38,688 nucleotides of DNA from Methylococcales bacterium (GTDB lineage: Bacteria > Pseudomonadota > Gammaproteobacteria > Methylococcales > Methylomonadaceae): positions 1 through 38,688 of the forward strand of contig JAGLUC010000345.1 in the NCBI GenBank assembly GCA_023134955.1, given 5' to 3'. Made by a program: the position numbers and the translations under genes. The notes under the pieces are model-generated. The model saw only the letters and a program-made list of their open reading frames with translations, was not told where the DNA came from and ran no database searches. Positions 27,001-28,649 of this stretch are shown piece after piece. How positions within the stretch are numbered: position 1 is the first letter of the stretch; each line of letters starts with the position of its first letter.

Positions 27001-27418
27001 TACCTTACAGGTCGGTGAGCGAAAACTAATAGTACCTGAGGCGCTAAACTTCACAAGTAATGTAAAATCGGATAGTGCTACAACGCTTTCAAAAATAGTG
27101 GAAAAAGCAACATTTAGTGCTAAAAAATTACTTGGCATTAGCACACAACAAGGAAATATTGATTTTCAATATTTTGATGAGCTATTTGGTGTCTTTAATA
27201 ATCAGGAGGTCACTATAGAACCTGAGGATAGCAAAGAAGACTTTTTGATCTTTAGTAATGATAAAAACCAGGATGGTAAAGAAAACCATGCAACCCAGTA
27301 TCAACTAAGAAAAGGGCATGAATCTAATGGCTCAGATCAACGAGCAACGGAAAATAAAGCTGAAGGAAGAGAAACGGAACTCACTGTTTTAATTGACTGG
27401 AGTGACGGAGAAGACTAG
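11..27418 (+). CDS. Giant secreted-type repeat protein (at least 9135 aa, probably 5'-partial): beta-solenoid-like repeats, RTX-type GGxGxD Ca-binding block, C-terminal HExxHxxGxxH zincin-like module
   Basis: A 27.4 kb stop-free frame in AT-rich DNA cannot arise by chance. Codons 2-10 (aat ttt aat) are also open, and the first residues ([17 protein letters not shown]) already sit inside a repeat that recurs near aa 7500 ([18 protein letters not shown]), so the TTG at 11 is probably not the true start. There are dozens of GGxGxD nonapeptide-like motifs between roughly 21590 and 26290. [11 protein letters not shown] is at 26942..26974. The stop codon TAG is at 27416..27418. Confidence 0.9.
   Translation: [9135 protein letters not shown]
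2630..2940 (+). repeat. Copy A of a ~310 bp near-identical dispersed direct repeat inside the giant ORF
   Basis: It aligns base-for-base with 6269..6579 at a constant offset of 3639 bp (1213 codons). I count about 16 mismatches, 7 of them in a patch at 2701..2720. A perfect 114 bp run covers 2747..2860. Confidence 0.85.
6269..6579 (+). repeat. Copy B of the ~310 bp near-identical dispersed direct repeat inside the giant ORF
   Basis: See copy A. Immediately outside the tract, identity falls to the level of the other paralogous modules; for example 2590..2629 versus 6229..6268 differ heavily. Confidence 0.85.
11051..11476 (+). repeat. In-frame tandem duplication, 2 x 213 bp (71 codons), inside the giant ORF
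   Basis: Unit 1 (11051..11263) and unit 2 (11264..11476) encode [35 protein letters not shown]....YDM..QDFS..DLWEQIN twice. The first ~180 bp of each unit are roughly 85-90% identical, with perfect runs such as ttaactaaaaatgtaacgacagtagaagtgct. Confidence 0.85.
21590..26290 (+). repeat. RTX-type (hemolysin-type calcium-binding, GGxGxD) nonapeptide repeat-coding block of the giant ORF, interrupted by non-RTX inserts
   Basis: Examples are [40 protein letters not shown] (about 23561..23680), [49 protein letters not shown] (about 25429..25575), and [20 protein letters not shown] (ending about 26280). Looser G.G.D.(F/L).(V/I) units run from about 21000. Boundaries are approximate. Confidence 0.8.
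26942..26974 (+). other. Zincin metalloprotease signature [11 protein letters not shown] (HExxHxxGxxH) in the C-terminal module of the giant protein
   Basis: The in-frame codons cat gag tta gga cat att ttg ggc tat gca cat were read directly. The next residue is D, and a Met (GGLMED) follows 7 residues after the third His, a candidate Met-turn. Confidence 0.7.
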
Positions 27419-27497
27419 AGCTTTTTCAGCTAAAAAATGACCTGCTCTGAGGAGGGCTAATGAATTTAACTTTATTAATAATAATGAGAAAAATAAA

Positions 27498-28283
27498 ATG
27501 AGCACACAACTATTAATCTACGAACGCGCAGAACCCATCAGTAAACAGAAACATAGCAACTGGTCAGTAAAAACAGGTGGTAGTTACGATTTTACAAAAA
27601 ATATTAATTCAGCGCCATTAACTGCAGTAGAATTTCCTAATGCATCTACGGAATACAGTATTGTTTTTGCTGGCAATGATGATGCTGTTATGCCAGCAGT
27701 TATATTAGGCTTACGAGACCAGGAAAACCTGTATTTATCAGAAGATGGAAAATGGAACAGTAAATATATCCCTGCTTTCATTCGTCGGTATCCATTTGTA
27801 TTCTCCAGTAGTAATGAAGCTAAACAATTTACCCTCTGCATAGATGAAGAGTTTTTGGGCTGCAACCAAGACGGTATAGGTGAACGACTGTTTGATACCG
27901 AGGGAGAACAGACCCAATACTTAAAAACAGTTTTAAATTTTTCCAGTGAATACCAAGGTCAGTTCAACCGAACTCAATTATTCTGTAAAAAATTAAAGGA
28001 ACTGGATTTGTTAGAGCCTATGCAAGCACAGTTCACCCTGCCAACAGGGGAAAAAATGAACTTAGGCGGGTTTCAGGCGGTCAGTCGTGAGCGCTTAAAA
28101 AAACTAAGCAATGAACAGTTAGGAGAACTAGCTAAAACGGATGAGCTAGAATTGATTTATCTGCACTTGCAATCGATGAGAAATTTCAATGCTATGGTGG
28201 CTCGGGTTCCTGAAAGTGATGCGAGCTCAAATGTTGCAAAAGACTCTAAGAAAGAAAAACTATCTAAAAAAGATATGCATTAA
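27498..28283 (+). CDS. SapC-family protein
   Basis: The 261 aa ORF has an N-terminal half (LLIYERAEPISKQKH..., APLTAVEFPNASTEYSIVF, YIPAFIRRYPFVF) that matches my recollection of the conserved SapC-family core (YxPAxxRRYPF). It starts 79 bp after the giant ORF on the same strand, with no convincing terminator between them. Confidence 0.75.
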   Translation: MSTQLLIYERAEPISKQKHSNWSVKTGGSYDFTKNINSAPLTAVEFPNASTEYSIVFAGNDDAVMPAVILGLRDQENLYLSEDGKWNSKYIPAFIRRYPFVFSSSNEAKQFTLCIDEEFLGCNQDGIGERLFDTEGEQTQYLKTVLNFSSEYQGQFNRTQLFCKKLKELDLLEPMQAQFTLPTGEKMNLGGFQAVSRERLKKLSNEQLGELAKTDELELIYLHLQSMRNFNAMVARVPESDASSNVAKDSKKEKLSKKDMH

Positions 28284-28649
28284 ACTAGCAAAGCCTTCCT
28301 TCTATACTCTTTACGTTTAAGAATATCCCATTCTAGTATGTAGATTATTGTGATGAGCTAGGTGTAAAGCAGCAGGAATAGTAATCTATTTCAATGCTTT
28401 ACTTGGCAACTGCTCCTCGGTAATTGCTCTTGCATTATTCTGCTACGCACCATCCATGGCATTAAACAACGCTCATCGCGATAAGATGCGTGCTAGAGTG
28501 GGGTATTTTTGAGCGTGAAGAGTTATATGTATCAACTTTGTGAAATTGTTCTATAGATATTAACAAGCTTGATACTCTGCATTCGCTCAAATACCACTTG
28601 TCTGGTAGTCTATAGCCTCTTATCGTGATTTTATTAATAATCAATTTAC
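28284..28649 (+). promoter_or_regulatory. 366 bp AT-rich intergenic region, probable promoter/regulatory region of the four-gene operon
   Basis: This is the only sizeable non-coding gap between the giant ORF and 35845. A candidate sigma70-like pair is TTGTCT (28598..28603), a 17 nt spacer, then TATCGT (28621..28626). A hairpin GTAAAGCA(23 nt)TGCTTTAC sits at 28364..28402 with no T-tract. All of this is motif-by-eye only. Confidence 0.3.

Noticed and set aside
11-27418. The giant protein could be an autotransporter or a two-partner-secretion (TpsA/FHA-like) exoprotein, given its solenoid-like repeats.
   Set aside because: The C-terminus is hydrophilic and acidic (ends ...DWSDGED). It has no beta-barrel-like alternating pattern or terminal aromatic residue, so it is not a classical autotransporter. 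A TPS domain would be N-terminal and is not visible in the window. The extensive GGxGxD block and the absence of Cys point instead to a type-I-like route. TPS cannot be formally excluded without the 5' end.
28462-28644. A 60 aa minus-strand ORF lies in the sapC/operon intergenic region.
   Set aside because: It has no Shine-Dalgarno sequence and no recognisable motif. Its composition is AT-driven (Ile/Lys/Ser/Arg-rich), and it overlaps the likely promoter of the operon. It is probably spurious.
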